Shown in pieces: positions 32,436-47,084 of a stretch of DNA of 64,000 nt (position 1 is its first letter; the number at the start of each line of letters is the position of its first letter). The stretch is from positions 7,006,001-7,070,000 of the forward strand of contig NC_134029.1 in NCBI RefSeq assembly GCF_964204645.1, read 5' to 3'. The position numbers and the translations under genes are program-made. The notes under the pieces are model-generated. The model had not been told where the DNA came from and made no database searches. It saw only the letters and a program-made list of their open reading frames with translations. Source of the stretch: Tubulanus polymorphus. Its lineage: Eukaryota > Animalia > Nemertea.

Positions 32436-35400
32436 ATGCCGGTTTTTGGAGCCAAAATGCTTGAACCACCAGTTACAGCGGGTGACTATATCAAAATCAT
32501 CGTAGCGATCTTCACTATGATTGAAATTACGAGCGCAAAAGGACTGTGCGACGCTTGGTATCAGATAATCGGCGGAAATCTGCTCAAAGATGTCCAGTTT
32601 CGAGGCAATACCTCCGGTAAAATATCATATTTGAGAAATTATTTCAGCAAGCATTTCCAACATCGTTCAAAAAGGCATCGGTGAATTTATTTATGACAAC
32701 AGTACATATAATTTTACATACAAATAATTCCAAGCCGAATACTTTTTTTAACATAATACAGGGGCAACTGAGAGCGCACATACGTACGCGGGGAATCGTT
32801 GGAATCGTTTTTTTCTTTGATGAATCCTTGCTCTATGAAATGAAAAAACATCTTTATAGATATTTCATGGATCGCCGCAGGCACTGAATCTAGAATCGAT
32901 TTCCGCCTTTCGTTAGAATGGCACAACGATTACTCAAAAGAAGGCAGTCCCTTGTATTTATCGTTACAGCAAAATCTTACAAAGTTTGTATGTATTTTCT
33001 CTATATTCTTTTTATCTTGCAATTCATTACATTCTATTCTAATTCTTATTAATCATATTTCATTCACTTTAATTCCATCTCAAATGGCGAGTTACCATTT
33101 AAACCTGTAGACGATTCGACAAATGTTGAAGAATTACTTTAAAAAATGTTTCTTTTCGTCGACAACTTTTCAGATGATTGGCGCTAAGCAAGCTCTAGGC
33201 TATGACAACTTTCAATTTACTGTTCATTCGTTTTCGTAAGTTTGAATAAAGACCTCTTTTTAAAATATCATATCAAAACACCACAGAAACATGTGTGAAT
33301 AGTATATCCTCAAGATAGGAGTCTTAAAGAAAGAATTAAAAACACAGATTTTATTATTTTTCATAAGTGAAATGAAATATCACAACGTAACTCTGTCCTT
33401 TCACACTGCGCTTTCTTTGTGACATAGAATATTAATCTGGTATTATATTCGTATTATCACAAAATAGACCTGGCAGTGTAATTGCGCATACCAGTTTCAA
33501 ACCTAAGATACGCAACACAGAGGATTTGCGGCAGAGAAGAGATAGACTGAGACAAAACAACAATTTGCGTTAGTATCTGAGATATATTCAAAAAGTCATA
33601 GTTATATGATAATCCTATGGAGCCCCGGAAGTGACATGGCGAAAAATGTAGACTTTTGGAATGAATGCTAAATACACCAGGTGGCGTTATAATTTCGTAA
33701 TAGTCGGGGCGATAGACTGGGAAATTGTCCTAGAACCCACAGTCAAGTCAAATGAAATGGTGATACCTAGCATTTACCGAGGAATACTATTATAATTTCT
33801 AGAACTTTTTCGACGAAAAACAAAACATCGCTATATCTCGCATCTCGTTCCCGAGAAGAAACATATGTTTTTCACCATGTCACCTCCGCGACTTCGTATA
33901 TATTCCACTATTCTTAGTTGAAATGCTAAGCAACACTCAAGAAATTTTGAATGAATTCTTTATTTTTTCCTCCGAATAAAGGTGTAAAACGTGGGAGTGC
34001 GGAGTTTGGTATGTTGTACGAGATGCGAATATCTCGTTACACTTCTGGCGACACGAATAAGAACCCCATTACCTGGGCTATTTTGACGTGTAAGGCCAAC
34101 GTTTCAGACAACCGGCGGACGACTTGGTCGAAAGGAGGCTCACCAATCGTTAGCGACGGTAACAGAATACAAATACGTCGTATCGAAAAGGAAAATACAG
34201 TAACGTCGACATTGAGAATCAATCCTATGATTTACAGCGACGCAGGTATGCACGAAAACAAAGTATCGATTACAATAGCGGTTTTTATAGGAAGATAGAA
34301 ATCAAATTCATTATAAACTATACGCAATTAAAAGTCTTAGGTTTGACTAAATTTTGAAGACAGAAAAATTTTAGGAATTTTAGACATCAGATAAGGAAAA
34401 TTGGTAAGAGGTTGAGAAAGTTGAAGTTTCATTACCCAGAAAGTATGTTATCCCTATCTATCCGATGACAAGGGAAGAAGACAAATTTTATTAGTTCACA
34501 AAAGATGCCATGGTCTTCAAATATTCTTTTCAGGGCAATATCGCTGCACAATCGGAAATTTTAAAAGCCAACGCAAAGTAACTATGCTACCGAAGGTGAA
34601 GCTAGAATCGTCGGTAAAACCGAAAATTTTCGAAGGCGTCCGTTTTGAAATGACGTGCACCGTTGTAGTTGGCGATGGAACGGTGCGCGTAAGATTTCTG
34701 CACGATCAAAATCTATTGAAACAAACAAGTACTTCGGGTAAATTAACGTCCAAAATCTGAAGTCATGAATTCTCTGTAGGAACCACCTGCATATCGTTAC
34801 TTTCATTTGATTTTCATTCCAAGGAAATCAGGCCACACACGTCGTTGAACAAGCCGGGCTGGGTACTTATTGTTGCGTAGGCGTAAGTACCGGTGGAAAG
34901 CTTGGACCAAAATCCACTAAACTCACAGTGTTTGAAAGATGTAAGTCCCCCTGTTTCGGTCCCGGCATGTGTGGTGGGTTTGTAAGGGACACCAAATCAT
35001 AAAAATCGAACGAACGAACTACAGATCAAATAAATAGCAGGGTCATCCCTGTTTTAAGATAAAAAATATCTTATCAAAACATACGTAAAATCCACGGCAA
35101 TGACGCAAACGAATCATTGAGTCTGATGGATCAGTGACGCTTCCCAAAAAAAGCCGAGGGACCCATTGGTTCATCAGCTGATCGAATCCGTCGCTTGGCA
35201 TTTTGATACCTTCAAGCATTGAAGCTGCACTATTGATATTTTCTAGATTACCAAAGTTTCAGCGTTCTCCTCGTCAACAAAGTTGACGTAATTGTCACTT
35301 ATCGGAAAATGGAAAGTTTGTCTACACGCGACTTCAGCCATTATGAAGTGAGTTCGCTAATCGACACAAAAAAAGAAAAAATATAGAAGACCTCTCTTTT

Positions 35401-38400
35401 TGAAAAACTAACCGTCATCCCTACTTTCCCGTATCTAGATCATTGCTGAAACCACCGGTGAAATGCCTCTGAAGTTTTTCACGCAGGCTCCATTTGGCGA
35501 GTTAACAATCCGTAATCTAACTGCAGATAAAGGGTACACCATCAAAATGAGACCGATAACAACAAATTCGGCGATTGTGAAGTCCACTTCAAAGACTGTA
35601 CATACTAGAGGTATTATGGAATGATAATATAATAGGGGTTCGACTCCCAGATGCGCAATGATACTACATAAAAATTCTATAAATATTTCAATAGGAAAAA
35701 GACAGATAAATTGTATTTCTCCATCAATATTTTTTTCTAAGGACATTCGAAGATTTACGTTTTGGAATATGCGCTCAACTCGACATTGGCGCAGACGTAC
35801 GATAGCAACAACACGAAACTGAGTGGCTTAGTTACCTGGTCAAATAGACTGTATAACCAATCTTCGCAACGGTTCGAAAAATTATCAGAGCTAATACTAA
35901 CGAAGGTGATGATTAGAAAAGCATTTGTAAACCATTGATGTCTTTATAGATTTTTGAATAACCAAAACATGGAATCATCATTGCAAGTGCTCGGTGTCCA
36001 TTCTTTAGCATCTGTCTTGTTGTGAACGTTTCAGGTGACGCCTATCTTTACAAACATTTTCGGGTATTACTTGTATAACATCAAGGTGGATCATTTCAGG
36101 TTCGACAGATACGCATATCCTATAATCCATATGTGGACCAAGTTAAGTTACAGAATATACGATACTACTGAATTACTATGTCATTATTACAGGAAAGGAA
36201 TTCTTGTGAGTATTATCTTAGAACTGTCGTCTGCAATGCCGCCGCAGACGATACCAATTTTACCGGTGGAAAATTATCTGTCTGACTCTCACAGTTCCAT
36301 ACCCGGCCTCCAGTGGATAAAGCTTGACAAGATCGTTCCACCTGCAGGTACGGTTCTCATGTGTTGACTAAGACCCCGTGATAATTTCATCAAGTGGACC
36401 TTTCAAGTACCGAGTCGATGACAAGGGAATTCATCATTTGCGACTCTCCCAGTACCGAGTTTAAGAGAAATTCCGCTGTACTAAGCATCTTTGCAAAATA
36501 TCTGACAAGAAGTACCTACGTATTCTGAAATGAAATGGACGTTCGAACTAATAAGACCTCCAAAAGTAGTTGTTTAGGATTCGACTGTTTCTTTTCACAT
36601 CAATTCCAGGTCAGTTTGTGTCCGTATATTTCGACAGCCGACAACAAAGACTCTACTCGGTAGGCGAGGCGGTAACACTCGTGTGTAATGCTGATGTCAT
36701 CGGCGATGGGTCGGGTGTGAAATTTTCTTGGACATTAAACCACTACACGATCATGAAATCATCGAAATTAGAACGCCGTATTCATTATAACGTCACAACC
36801 AGAAGAGAGCAAACTTTCAAATCGTATATAACTTTTGACCCCATTCAGTCTGGTGATTCAGGTAAGCTTTACAGCTTTTCGTCCTTATTCATTTTACAGA
36901 CGCGGATTTTTCATTATCTTAGGCGAATAATGTTTCATTAGGAAAATGCGCATAATGTAATATAATTTTGTTACCAAGTTATTTTTGGACCTGACGGATA
37001 AACTGATGTAGTGATGCAGTTATAGAATAGTCCTACAATGATGACATTTCAAAGTTTATTCGCATGACAGTTTCGAGATCCCATCTAAATCTAATCCTAT
37101 CTAAATGCCATTTTTAGAAAACCAAAAATTTTGTAATTTTCGAAATATCATCAATGTGGGAAAATATATTATCAAGTGTGCTTTCTTGTGATTCCCGAAG
37201 TTACGCACGTAGTTCTATGATCATCTCGTAAGAAACACGTCTGTGTTTGATATCAATTGAATTGGAAATTTCATTACATTAGCGACGGGCTGTTGATCAA
37301 TATTGCAGGGACACTCGTGTGTTTGGTCGAAGGTGATTCATTTAAAACGACGACGACTCATCGAGAAATTAATATCAAATCAGTTGTAAATGTAAAGTTG
37401 TCACCGCAAAGCGTTGCCGCTGAGGTCGGTACGAGGGCTACGTGGACTTGTAAACTATTGCCCAATGGCAAATATGTAAGCGGTGGTAAGGTCGAAGTTG
37501 TCTGGGAGAGAGACGGAGTCGTGTTACGACCTGTTCCCGATGCGATCCAAATGGGTAAGCGGAAAAAGATAACACCCCGAATCTCTTTGTTATTCGAAGT
37601 ATTTTTAAATATAAAAAATAAAAAACAAAGGTTTTTGCGAAACTGATCGTTATTGCTATAATTCTGTAGAAACGCTTGTACTTCTTAATTTCCATGGATC
37701 CATTGCGATATAAAACATTATCTTTATCCTTAATGAATTCATAATTCTAAGAAATTCTCAAAACAAAATCTTGAAAATTTATTTCGTTTATCAGGCATCA
37801 AATCGAGTGTGGAAACGACACTGACGATATACAGCGTGAAATCGGACGCGATTATATCCTGCCATGCCGAGAACGGAGCCGGTCCTGGTGCTCGCTCCGA
37901 GTCATATCTCACTGTATTCAACAAAGGTTGGCACCGACCACTCAGACTGTAACATTATTAACCACCACGACCAAGACTTCTTTCGATACCTTTGTTATAG
38001 ATTCGCGATAAAGCGGCAACAGTACATTATATTTCCAGCGTTGCTTACTTGCCCGGCTGAAGTCAGTGAAAATGGTCTGACCTTCCCAGAAACTAACCTC
38101 GGCAAAACTGCACACGTACCTTGTCCCAAGTCGAAATTGGGTAAATATATGACCCAATAATTTGATAAATGTAATTACAAAATTTGTTTACACAAACGGG
38201 AGACCATGCGATTTTTTGCAAGTCTTATAAGATAGACGCCATTTATAAGACGTTTTTTATGATTAGATTATGAATTTTATGATATAAATGTCGAGTAACT
38301 AAGTCGAAATTTTGGTTTTAAAGTAGAAATTTCGAAAAAACCATGTGGCCACAATGCTCTTCAGTAGTAACGAGAAAGACGAAGATTTTCTATTCATTGA

Positions 38401-41400
38401 ATTGTAGGTTTAGTAACGCGGGACTGTGTTTTGTCTGTTAACGAAACTGCTCTGTGGACAAACACTAATCGGAGTAACTGTATTTCGCCGCAGTTCATTG
38501 AATTAGAAAAAGTGGCGAGTATTGTAAATGTCGCTATATCCACGAACCGGCCACTACGGGCTCCTGATACGGTATACTTTTTCAGGCTCTTGCCGTGTCG
38601 AGTGGAATGGAAGAATCGACCCCGCGTGAACTATGTAAAACGCTGGTGAACATAACCGACGTGACAGCATCCAAGGAAGCGTTACTCCCTAAAGAAATAT
38701 CCGCGTCGGTGTCAATTTTGAAAACTCTCAACAAAATCGAAGCGCAGTCGGATTCGGCAGGCAAAATTGCACCGGTAGAATACCATTTTTATTTACCATT
38801 TTTCAAACAGGCGAGCGAAATCGTATCCCATTTTACACCACGATAGGACAGAGGTTATGGGGGAAATATACGGTGTTAACTACCCGTGACCTTAGCAGTT
38901 ATCGTGAAAATGATTCTTGGGATCGCATATTTCAAAATTTCATTTTTGAACCCAATGACACATTTTTATTCTATTTTTCTACAAGGGGGCGTATTATTGA
39001 GAGAATGCAATCATTCATAGCTGAAGGTATCTACCAATTCATTTTTCGATTTTCTGTTTCAGGATTTTATGACGTCAGCGAGTCAAGCATTGGACCCGGT
39101 TAATTTGGAAAGTTGGGAAGAACTAGTAAGTCCGTTGCTTCGTTCTGGTCAATCATCGAGATTAAGCGACAATGATTGGAAAGTTAGATGTTTGCTTTGT
39201 CTTTGCTTTAGTCTGACACGGAAATTGCCGGGGAAATGTTAGGGGTGGTCGGCGATCATGGAGCTATGTATGCACAGGCTGCACAAACCGACGAAGGAAT
39301 GAAGGAAATTGTCAAGGAAAACCTCGGTAAGTAAATTGATTTAGATGAGAGAATACCAGGAAGCTTTTCCGGGTCTGATATTTGACATGCGTTAAGTGAT
39401 TCAAAAAACATTAATTACGTAGCCAACCTTCAACATTGATTTTAGGGCCCAGTCTTGACTGAAGTCCAAGAGTGACCTTTAATCATAAGACTAGATTAAT
39501 ATGTCGTTAGCTTGGCTATAGAACCAAAACCAAAATGAGCGTAGACCGGTCTTAAACCTATAACTGTGCAACCGTGCACTAATCATTAACGGTTTCAAAA
39601 TGTGATAACCAGAAACTCTATTCAGGTAAACAAAGATAACTCTATGCGCTTTCTTAAATATGTTTCCAATTCTGTGAGATTTTGTAAGTTCTTCAGGTCA
39701 AAAGAGTGAATTCCGTAGATAACGACGGAAAAAAGTGCAAGCAGCAGATTAGAATGCCGACGCGAACTGCTAACTTACCAGATTGGGTGCTGGAGTCAAA
39801 CGATATGTTAGAGTTACAATGGAAAGCCTTGAAATTTTCAGGAGGTTACTATATTCCTAATCAGAAATATCACACACAACAAGTTGATGACATTTTAGAA
39901 ATAGAATGAAATCAATATAAAATCTATATAAAAAAGTAGTATTGCCATTTTTTTAGATAGTAAGATGATTGGTATAGCCACGGTGCAATACAGAACAATA
40001 TCAAACGTACTACCAGCAAACAAGTAAGTTCCAGTATACCATACAAATCACATTAATTAAACTGGTGTGAAATTGAGGACTCTATCTGTGTGTCAGTAGA
40101 GGTGCGAAACATACAAATGAAGATTTACGTGAAAAATGCCTGCAATGTTTACACCAACTTTTGAATATAGTTCTTACATAGAATGGTAGTCGATATTCGT
40201 ACGCATGATTTTCAGTCTGTTGATGATTGATGTTGTTTCTAGGAATTCACGTGGTGATGTATTCAAGGCGAACTCTCGTGTTTTGTCGGTTAGAATTTTA
40301 CCTGATATTGATTACGCATTGGACCCACCATTGAAATACACCGTCAACCATTTACGGGTAAGTTTTCAACTACATGTACAACAAGGATTCACGTTATTAT
40401 CGTTATAAGTTACTAGAAAACGTGAACAAGAATATACGTATGTCCAAAATGTACACTTGAAGATTTACCAAAGATTTTCGTATTGGGAATGCGAATGATT
40501 ACAAAAAGTATGGTTGAAAAATGAATAACTAAGGCCAGCATCAGGTGGTACATCCACATTTCATTCAAGGTAATGGATTATCTAAGCATTTTTGTTGCAG
40601 GATAACCAATATTCTCCACGATGTGCATTTTGGGATTTCGAAATGCCAAACGGAGGCTCGTGGTCGACTAGAGGTTGTAAACGGGTAAAAACTGCGAGTG
40701 ACAAAAATTCGACCACTTGCAGCTGTAATCACATGACCAACTTCGCAGTTTTGATGTCAACAGTGGTTCGTTGAATATAGTAATTTTTAAAATACGCCGT
40801 CAGCATATCTCACATGTATAGGAATTCAGCTAATATTTCTTGACATCATTCTTTTATTTTCAGTCTGTTTCAGATGCGTTGGGACTTCACATATTAACAA
40901 CTGTAGGGTGTTCATGTAGTATAGTTTGTTGTATCGTTTGTATCATCATTTACATAGTAATCGACTTGTAAGTTGACTAAAGCTTTCATTAGTTATCGAA
41001 ATATCACGAAACAGAATGATTGCTGCCTCATAGACCATTCTCCATAACATCTAACGTTTTATCATATCATATGTTCTAAATTATTTCATTTTATTCATTA
41101 CAGTAAGTTGGGTAAGCTGCGACCCGTTCCGAAGAGCATTCCGAAAGAACGCAAGACAATAGTTATTAACATGTGCGCGGCTTTAGCGGCCGGCAATCTA
41201 GTGCTTATGACTGGTCTTGAGCAAACAGAAAACAGGGTAACTAACTATTCTACTTTCGAATGATTGTTTGTTTCTGTCGTCGCTTTCGGAATCAAAAATA
41301 AAATTTCTCTAAATTGTAGGTTGTTTGTGCGACCGTTTCGATTGTCCTTCATATTTTGTGGTTGGCCGTATTCGCATTTCTGCTGTGCCAAGGTGTTGAT

Positions 41401-44400
41401 CTTGCCAGGAAGACGCTCAACTATAGAAACTTCATGAAACGCCAACCGGACCGCAGTAAATGGTACGCCTTCGGCAGCTGGGGTAAGAAGAATGCCAGCA
41501 ATTTCGTTCCAGCGCAGATTTTGATCGGGTTTATACCTGGAAAATAGAACCGAACATAAATTTTGTTGTAGGGATGTGTATTTTGATTGTTGGCGTATGT
41601 TTCGCTCTAACCCAGGGCGAAGGATATGGTAATGAATACTAGTGAGTATTAACACAAATTAAAATGATTGCTATTATTGAAAACCTATATACTAAATGTG
41701 ATTAGCGTTGTCTAAATATGACCAGGGAAATTTACTCAGAATTCATTACAAGATTATTCAATTTCCTTAATCCTACAATGCACGTTTCGCCATGTCTCTT
41801 GAGTGATTCTCTATCCAATTTCAATTGTATCCATTATTTACTAACTTATATGTTATAGTTGCTGGTTATCGGTAGAAAATGGACTTATCTACGCATTCAT
41901 TGGTCCCGTCATGGGCGTAATTATTGTAAGTGAATTTACCATCAGATTCTTATCGCATTTCAACTTTCGAAATTGGTTCTTATCATCGATATTGAAAGTA
42001 ATTCTTCTTTCGACATGCTGCCAGGTAAATTCAGTCATTGTTATTCTGCTGATCCGGGTCGTCGCTAAAAGTGGTGGTACGACATCGCCAAATCGAAGCA
42101 TCAAAGACAAAGCCAGGTTAAACAAATTTTTGGATTTGAAAGTCATACTTTTGTTGATTACGTATTTAGAATATTCTTATCTTTACAGCCAAGGGCTCAG
42201 GGCATTGATTCCATTGGTTCCGTCTATGGGTATAACTTGGGTGTTTGGTATACTGATGTTAGACAACTCGTCCACGGCGTTTCAGTACATTTTTACCTTG
42301 TTCAATTCGCTGCAGGTATTTGCATATCTTCGGACTAGAAACCACAAACTAATCATAAAGTAGATCATTAAACATTTGATACGAAATCACTGATCTCCAT
42401 TTTTTACAGGGTTTGACACTATTTCTTGTCTACGTTTTATTCAACAGTCGGGTAAATATAGATAATGGATTATATTCTAACTCTTTGAAATTGCCAAATT
42501 CGATATTTTGCCACTTTCTCATTATTTCTCTGTTATACGCGGTTAGATTTATATAATTGCTTCGTCATGTTATTGTTATTTGGCATATCAAGTACGTAGC
42601 TTGTATATATGGCCAAGTCCTACCTCACGTGTAAAAGCCAATTTTAGTTTTCACTAATGTCATGTCTCGAGGCATATAAGTTCAGTTTCTCCGTCGAGTT
42701 AGGGATGGAAAAGCTTTGGATGAAATGATATATATTTCAATTGAATCTATACTCTTTTTGTTTGTCATAGATGATAGTTGCAATCAAGGAGGTCTCTGGT
42801 ATCAAACATCCTTCACAAACATTCTCATCTTCCGCCGGGAAATCTGTGAGCCAAATTTTGAATTTTCACACGTTTCATTAGACATGCATATCGAAAAATA
42901 GGCCTACCTCTCCTCCGTTCCTCTGAAGTTTTGGTTATTCGCTAATCTTACTGATTATTTCTACTAATTCCAGCAAGATACAATGGAAACTAATATTGGG
43001 AAGTCACCAGGTTCTGGTAATTAACAGTGCAATTAATTCTATCCGTACCGATACTTTGGCATTCACAGAATCGGTGCCTTTCGTTGCATTCAAATAAAAA
43101 TGGCAGTAAATGGCAGTCCTTTGTTTCTTTTTTGAAGATAAACTGTCAAGAAGAAGAATTACGCCTTCTTCTTCGCGGCCAACATACGCTAAACATCAGG
43201 ACAAAACAGACAACAGTTGCAAAACGAGGAGAACTTTTTCTTATCTCACGAAAACTCGTGTTTTGCCGTTGTTGGACGTAAGTTCTGAGGAAGGAAATGT
43301 CGAAATCGATGATTCTGTTCGCAAAATCGAGGTGGAACATTTGTCCGAGTTACCCCGAGATGATTCACTGCTAGAACAGGATGAGAGCGGAGATAGGCGC
43401 AGAGATGAAAAGTCGTTTATCTTGAAAGCGACCAGCGATGATGCCGATGGACACTGCAACCCTGCATTCAGAGACTCGGTGACCGAAAACGATTCCTGTC
43501 GGTTAAGAAATAAACGATGCTCGCAGGTAAATTGTATGGTAAATCTCGTCTGATTGTATGCAAAGAATGATTTCATTTTTCATTTATTTAAATTTCATCA
43601 GGCAACTGATGATACATCGCGACACAGTTATCCCTGGTTATGCGAAGATGGGGATCCAGAATTTCTCGTAAGTAAGGTGGCGTATACTCGATATTTATTG
43701 AAGAGTGTTAGAAAAGTGTTTCATGTTAACTTATGTTGCATGTACCTTGATTGTCATAGTACGAAACGAGGCTTCCGAGCCCTGTTATCTACTCATGTGT
43801 GCCATTCGCCATACTTTGTTAAGGTAGAAGAACCATGGTACAGTCTAGCGGTGACGCCTTCAGGTTTCAGTTTAGTTGATTTACTCCACAAGTTATGATA
43901 ACATTGCACAGAACACAAAAATAACGCAGAAATTACAGCGTATTACAAAAATATAATGATAGTATTAATAATAGTTATATTGATAATAATAACAATAATG
44001 ATAATAGTAAAATAATAACAATAATAGTGATAATCCATACAATAGGAAGAATTTTGATAGTTCCTTTATTGTTCCAATTCCAGGAGAAAATGATCGAAAG
44101 AAGAAAATATCTGGACAGCGTATGCGCGGTAGATGAAAATACAGCAGTTGAAAATGCCGTGAGTTTTGTAGTTCCAAAATCTAATATGCTAATGACCATT
44201 GAAGCAACGGCTTTACGATACTTAATACGGTAAGCCATGGTATTTTTGATTCATATTCTTTTCTAGAACCGCAGTAGCGGCGACGTCGTGGAGAAGGTTG
44301 GCGATAGTAACGCCAGGCAACGCTGGAATCTGCTGGCGCGGGTGTTGAACACGGCAAATATGAGAAACGAATTGCTAGAATCGCTGAGAAATCAGCAACA

Positions 44401-44458
44401 GCAAACTGTAAAATCTAATATACATCGAGATACGACCGCATTCATGACCGTATTATAG
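32436..44458 (+). CDS. Adhesion GPCR (SEA-Ig-FN3-SEA-Ig-Ig-HRM-GAIN/GPS-7TM, C-terminal PDZ ligand)
   Basis: More than 30 GT-AG exons. Signal-like N-terminus, SEA (FSPGSVIA), Ig strands (VTLVCNA...FSW...DSG), HRM (CPAE...FPETNLG...CP...TRDC...W...C), GPS CAFWD...WSTRGC...CSCNHMTNFAVLM (about 40601-40764), secretin-like 7TM (CWLSVENGLIYAFIGP, GITWVFG, FNSLQG), ending ...AFMTVL*. Confidence 0.9.
33616..33898. mobile_element. MITE in an adhesion-GPCR intron
   Basis: TATGGAGCCCCGGAAGTGACATGGCGAAAAA vs right reverse complement TACGAAGTCGCGGAGGTGACATGGTGAAAAA. Confidence 0.7.
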
Positions 44459-45929
44459 ATTATAGAAAACCTAGTAATAAATGTATTGTCGATATAAGCG
44501 CAGGTGTTATATTAAAAGATTGGCGATGCTGATGTTTATTCTATCGTTGCGTGAATTAATATCCAATCGCGCCTAATCATCAAATCAATGATATAGAATC
44601 CCGTATTTTTATGGAATTTTAAGCTATTCATAGCGGCGCCTGTTGTTAAAAAAGAATTGTATCTTAACCGGTCGATAATTGACACATTCTGTGCCCCATA
44701 CCCCATCGAAGTCTAATAGCCTCTCATATCAGACGATAATCGATTGGATCATGTGTTTTAAAACTTCACAGAACCGGTATAGATTACTTACACGTGGCAT
44801 TGTAAAAGCATCATTCTCTTATCTTCAGCCGGGCTTTTTGATATCGACTAAATCTATATATGAAATATCCGCGTTTCAACTGAATGTTGACAGTTATTTT
44901 ACATCATTTGGAACTCAATTCTTCTCGAAACCAACGACGAATTGAGAACGATTTTTTTGCACAATCACGTGTACATCAGACGTGCAAAAAATCCAATAGG
45001 ATCCACCACTCGTTCTAGTCACAATAGCCTGAATTACTGCGAGTGATATTACATAACGTAATAAAAGATTTTCAGTTTTGTGAAAGGAATCATTTTTGCC
45101 TCATTTCATAACAGGACAAGAACGATGAGCACGTCGCGTTTTGATAATCGAAAACAACTTTATTGCAGATTATTCAATCAATAAAACTATAGTAGATAAC
45201 GTTAACAACAAAACACTATTATATCATTTTTACATTATATTGCAGATTGCAACGAAATTTCGAAGCAAAAGAGACTTTTTACTGGTTTTCATAAACACCA
45301 GAAGATTTGTGTATTCTTTCGAAACAATATGAATACTAATTGCTGTAAATGGTGCCGATATTCTATGCATATTGATCTAAGCGACAGATGTTCGAATTCA
45401 TTTCAGCTCTTGGCGATTGTTTTGCTTGGATGTAAGGCCTGCAATGTTTGAATTGTTTTACTCCAGATGTTTAACAGTATTTGACATGATTGGTGATCGT
45501 TGACACTCCAGTATTTTGCACGAGTAATCGAAGATACTTGAGGAAAAAAAAACGATAGTACCACTGCAACGATAAGACTATCATCAGAATACAGAATATA
45601 TATATTCAACAGAGATAATTTCATTGTCATTTAACTATCAATCACCATTATCAAAATGAAATGAATCTCTCTAACAAATTAAGGCAAGAACGCTCGAATT
45701 TCATGTAAAAATCAAATTTCTCGGAATATCTTTTTCTAAATGGAGAAGCGTTGACTTTGTGACAACATGGGTATAAAGCCAATTCTGAATATATTCGGAT
45801 CTAACGTGGGGTCAATATCAGTTCGTTTTGGAGAACACATGCATATTGCAGCATTTCCAAGCTCGGATCAACACAAGCTGTCACTGGAAGTCGACGTATG
45901 AACCCATGTAACTCATTATAATGAATTTA

Positions 45930-47084
45930 CTACATAGCGCTTTGTGAAGTTGAATTATCAACGGAACTAACGGCATGCCCACTGCCAATGACCATAGCAC
46001 TCATGGGCATAAATATCATCTGCAAGGAAATACAGATAAAACCAATAACTAACATCAACGAATACCATACATTCAATCTCTGGCCGGCTTCGAATTTCAA
46101 CATGTCAAAAAACGTAACGTACATGAAACTACCCGTGGCGATTCCTTCGAGAATCGCTCGAGCTACTTGCATACCAAGGTTATTAGAGTTGTACGCGGTC
46201 ATTATCGTGGCGATTACACCGCCGATAGGTGGCATTAGCGAGAATATTATCAGAATACCGATCACGTGACGATTAGTGATCTTGTCACGGACCTCGGATA
46301 GTTTTTGACCGAGACTGAAGGCAACGAGCGCCTTGTGAAACGACAAAGCCCCGAACATACCCCAAGCGCCACTGGGAGTTTTTTGAAATCCAATCACCAT
46401 TCCTTCGAAAATAGAATGCAACGACAGGGCTATAACAATAGCGTACGAGCGCAAAAGCATCGTAGTCCTATCAGCATTTTGCGAGGTCGGCTGCGTTTCA
46501 TAGTCATCCAGTGAAACGGGTTCACCACACGGCAGTTCAGCTGGTTGCGAGGAGGAATCGTCCTCCTCCGAGGTTTTAACCGCCACGGGAGGACCGTGGC
46601 AACTGCCGTTAAGCGGATCCGGTGGATTTTCGGAGTCGATCGCGCCGTACTCATTCGCTTCTTTGTAATGGCGCATGAAATGTACCTCTTCCACGTCTGA
46701 CGCTAGCATATCGGCCATGTCATTGTAACCTTTTTTACGCATTCGATCCATCCAAAATATCAGGAAATGTTCCATCAACAGAAACGCGATAAGTCCCGTC
46801 GCGATAACTAATTGCGCTACGGGATAGTCGATTTTCACTCCTAGATTAGCGGTCGTAAACTGCATTTCGACACTGGGAATTAGATGTAACAGAATTGTGC
46901 CCAAAAAAACTCCGCCCGCAATGAAATGTAAGCTCGTCATAACCTTAGCTGTCAGGTCGGCGTGTTTCGCGTTTCCTCGTTTTTGAATTAGTTTCTGCAC
47001 GAGAATTGGTAAGTACCCGAAGAAAAACGCTATTATCCATATCAAAATCAACGATATGCTTTTTATAATCACCAACGACACCAT
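45930..47084 (-). CDS. ZIP subfamily II zinc/metal transporter (SLC39A1/2/3-like), single coding exon
   Basis: GGVFLGTILLHLIP, HSIFEG (TM4), HKALVAFSLG (TM5) and GSFMYVTF motifs in a 384-aa ORF. Probable 5'UTR intron at about 47180-47453. Confidence 0.93.
   Translation of the reverse strand: MVSLVIIKSISLILIWIIAFFFGYLPILVQKLIQKRGNAKHADLTAKVMTSLHFIAGGVFLGTILLHLIPSVEMQFTTANLGVKIDYPVAQLVIATGLIAFLLMEHFLIFWMDRMRKKGYNDMADMLASDVEEVHFMRHYKEANEYGAIDSENPPDPLNGSCHGPPVAVKTSEEDDSSSQPAELPCGEPVSLDDYETQPTSQNADRTTMLLRSYAIVIALSLHSIFEGMVIGFQKTPSGAWGMFGALSFHKALVAFSLGQKLSEVRDKITNRHVIGILIIFSLMPPIGGVIATIMTAYNSNNLGMQVARAILEGIATGSFMYVTFFDMLKFEAGQRLNVWYSLMLVIGFICISLQMIFMPMSAMVIGSGHAVSSVDNSTSQSAM

Noticed and set aside
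35635-35648. GGGGTTCGACTCCC, a tRNA T-arm/B-box-like motif
   Set aside because: No D-arm, anticodon arm or acceptor stem; it sits in a short AT-rich intron.
43960-44045. ORFs rich in Tyr/Leu/Ile
   Set aside because: Translation of an intronic (AAT)n-like low-complexity tract.
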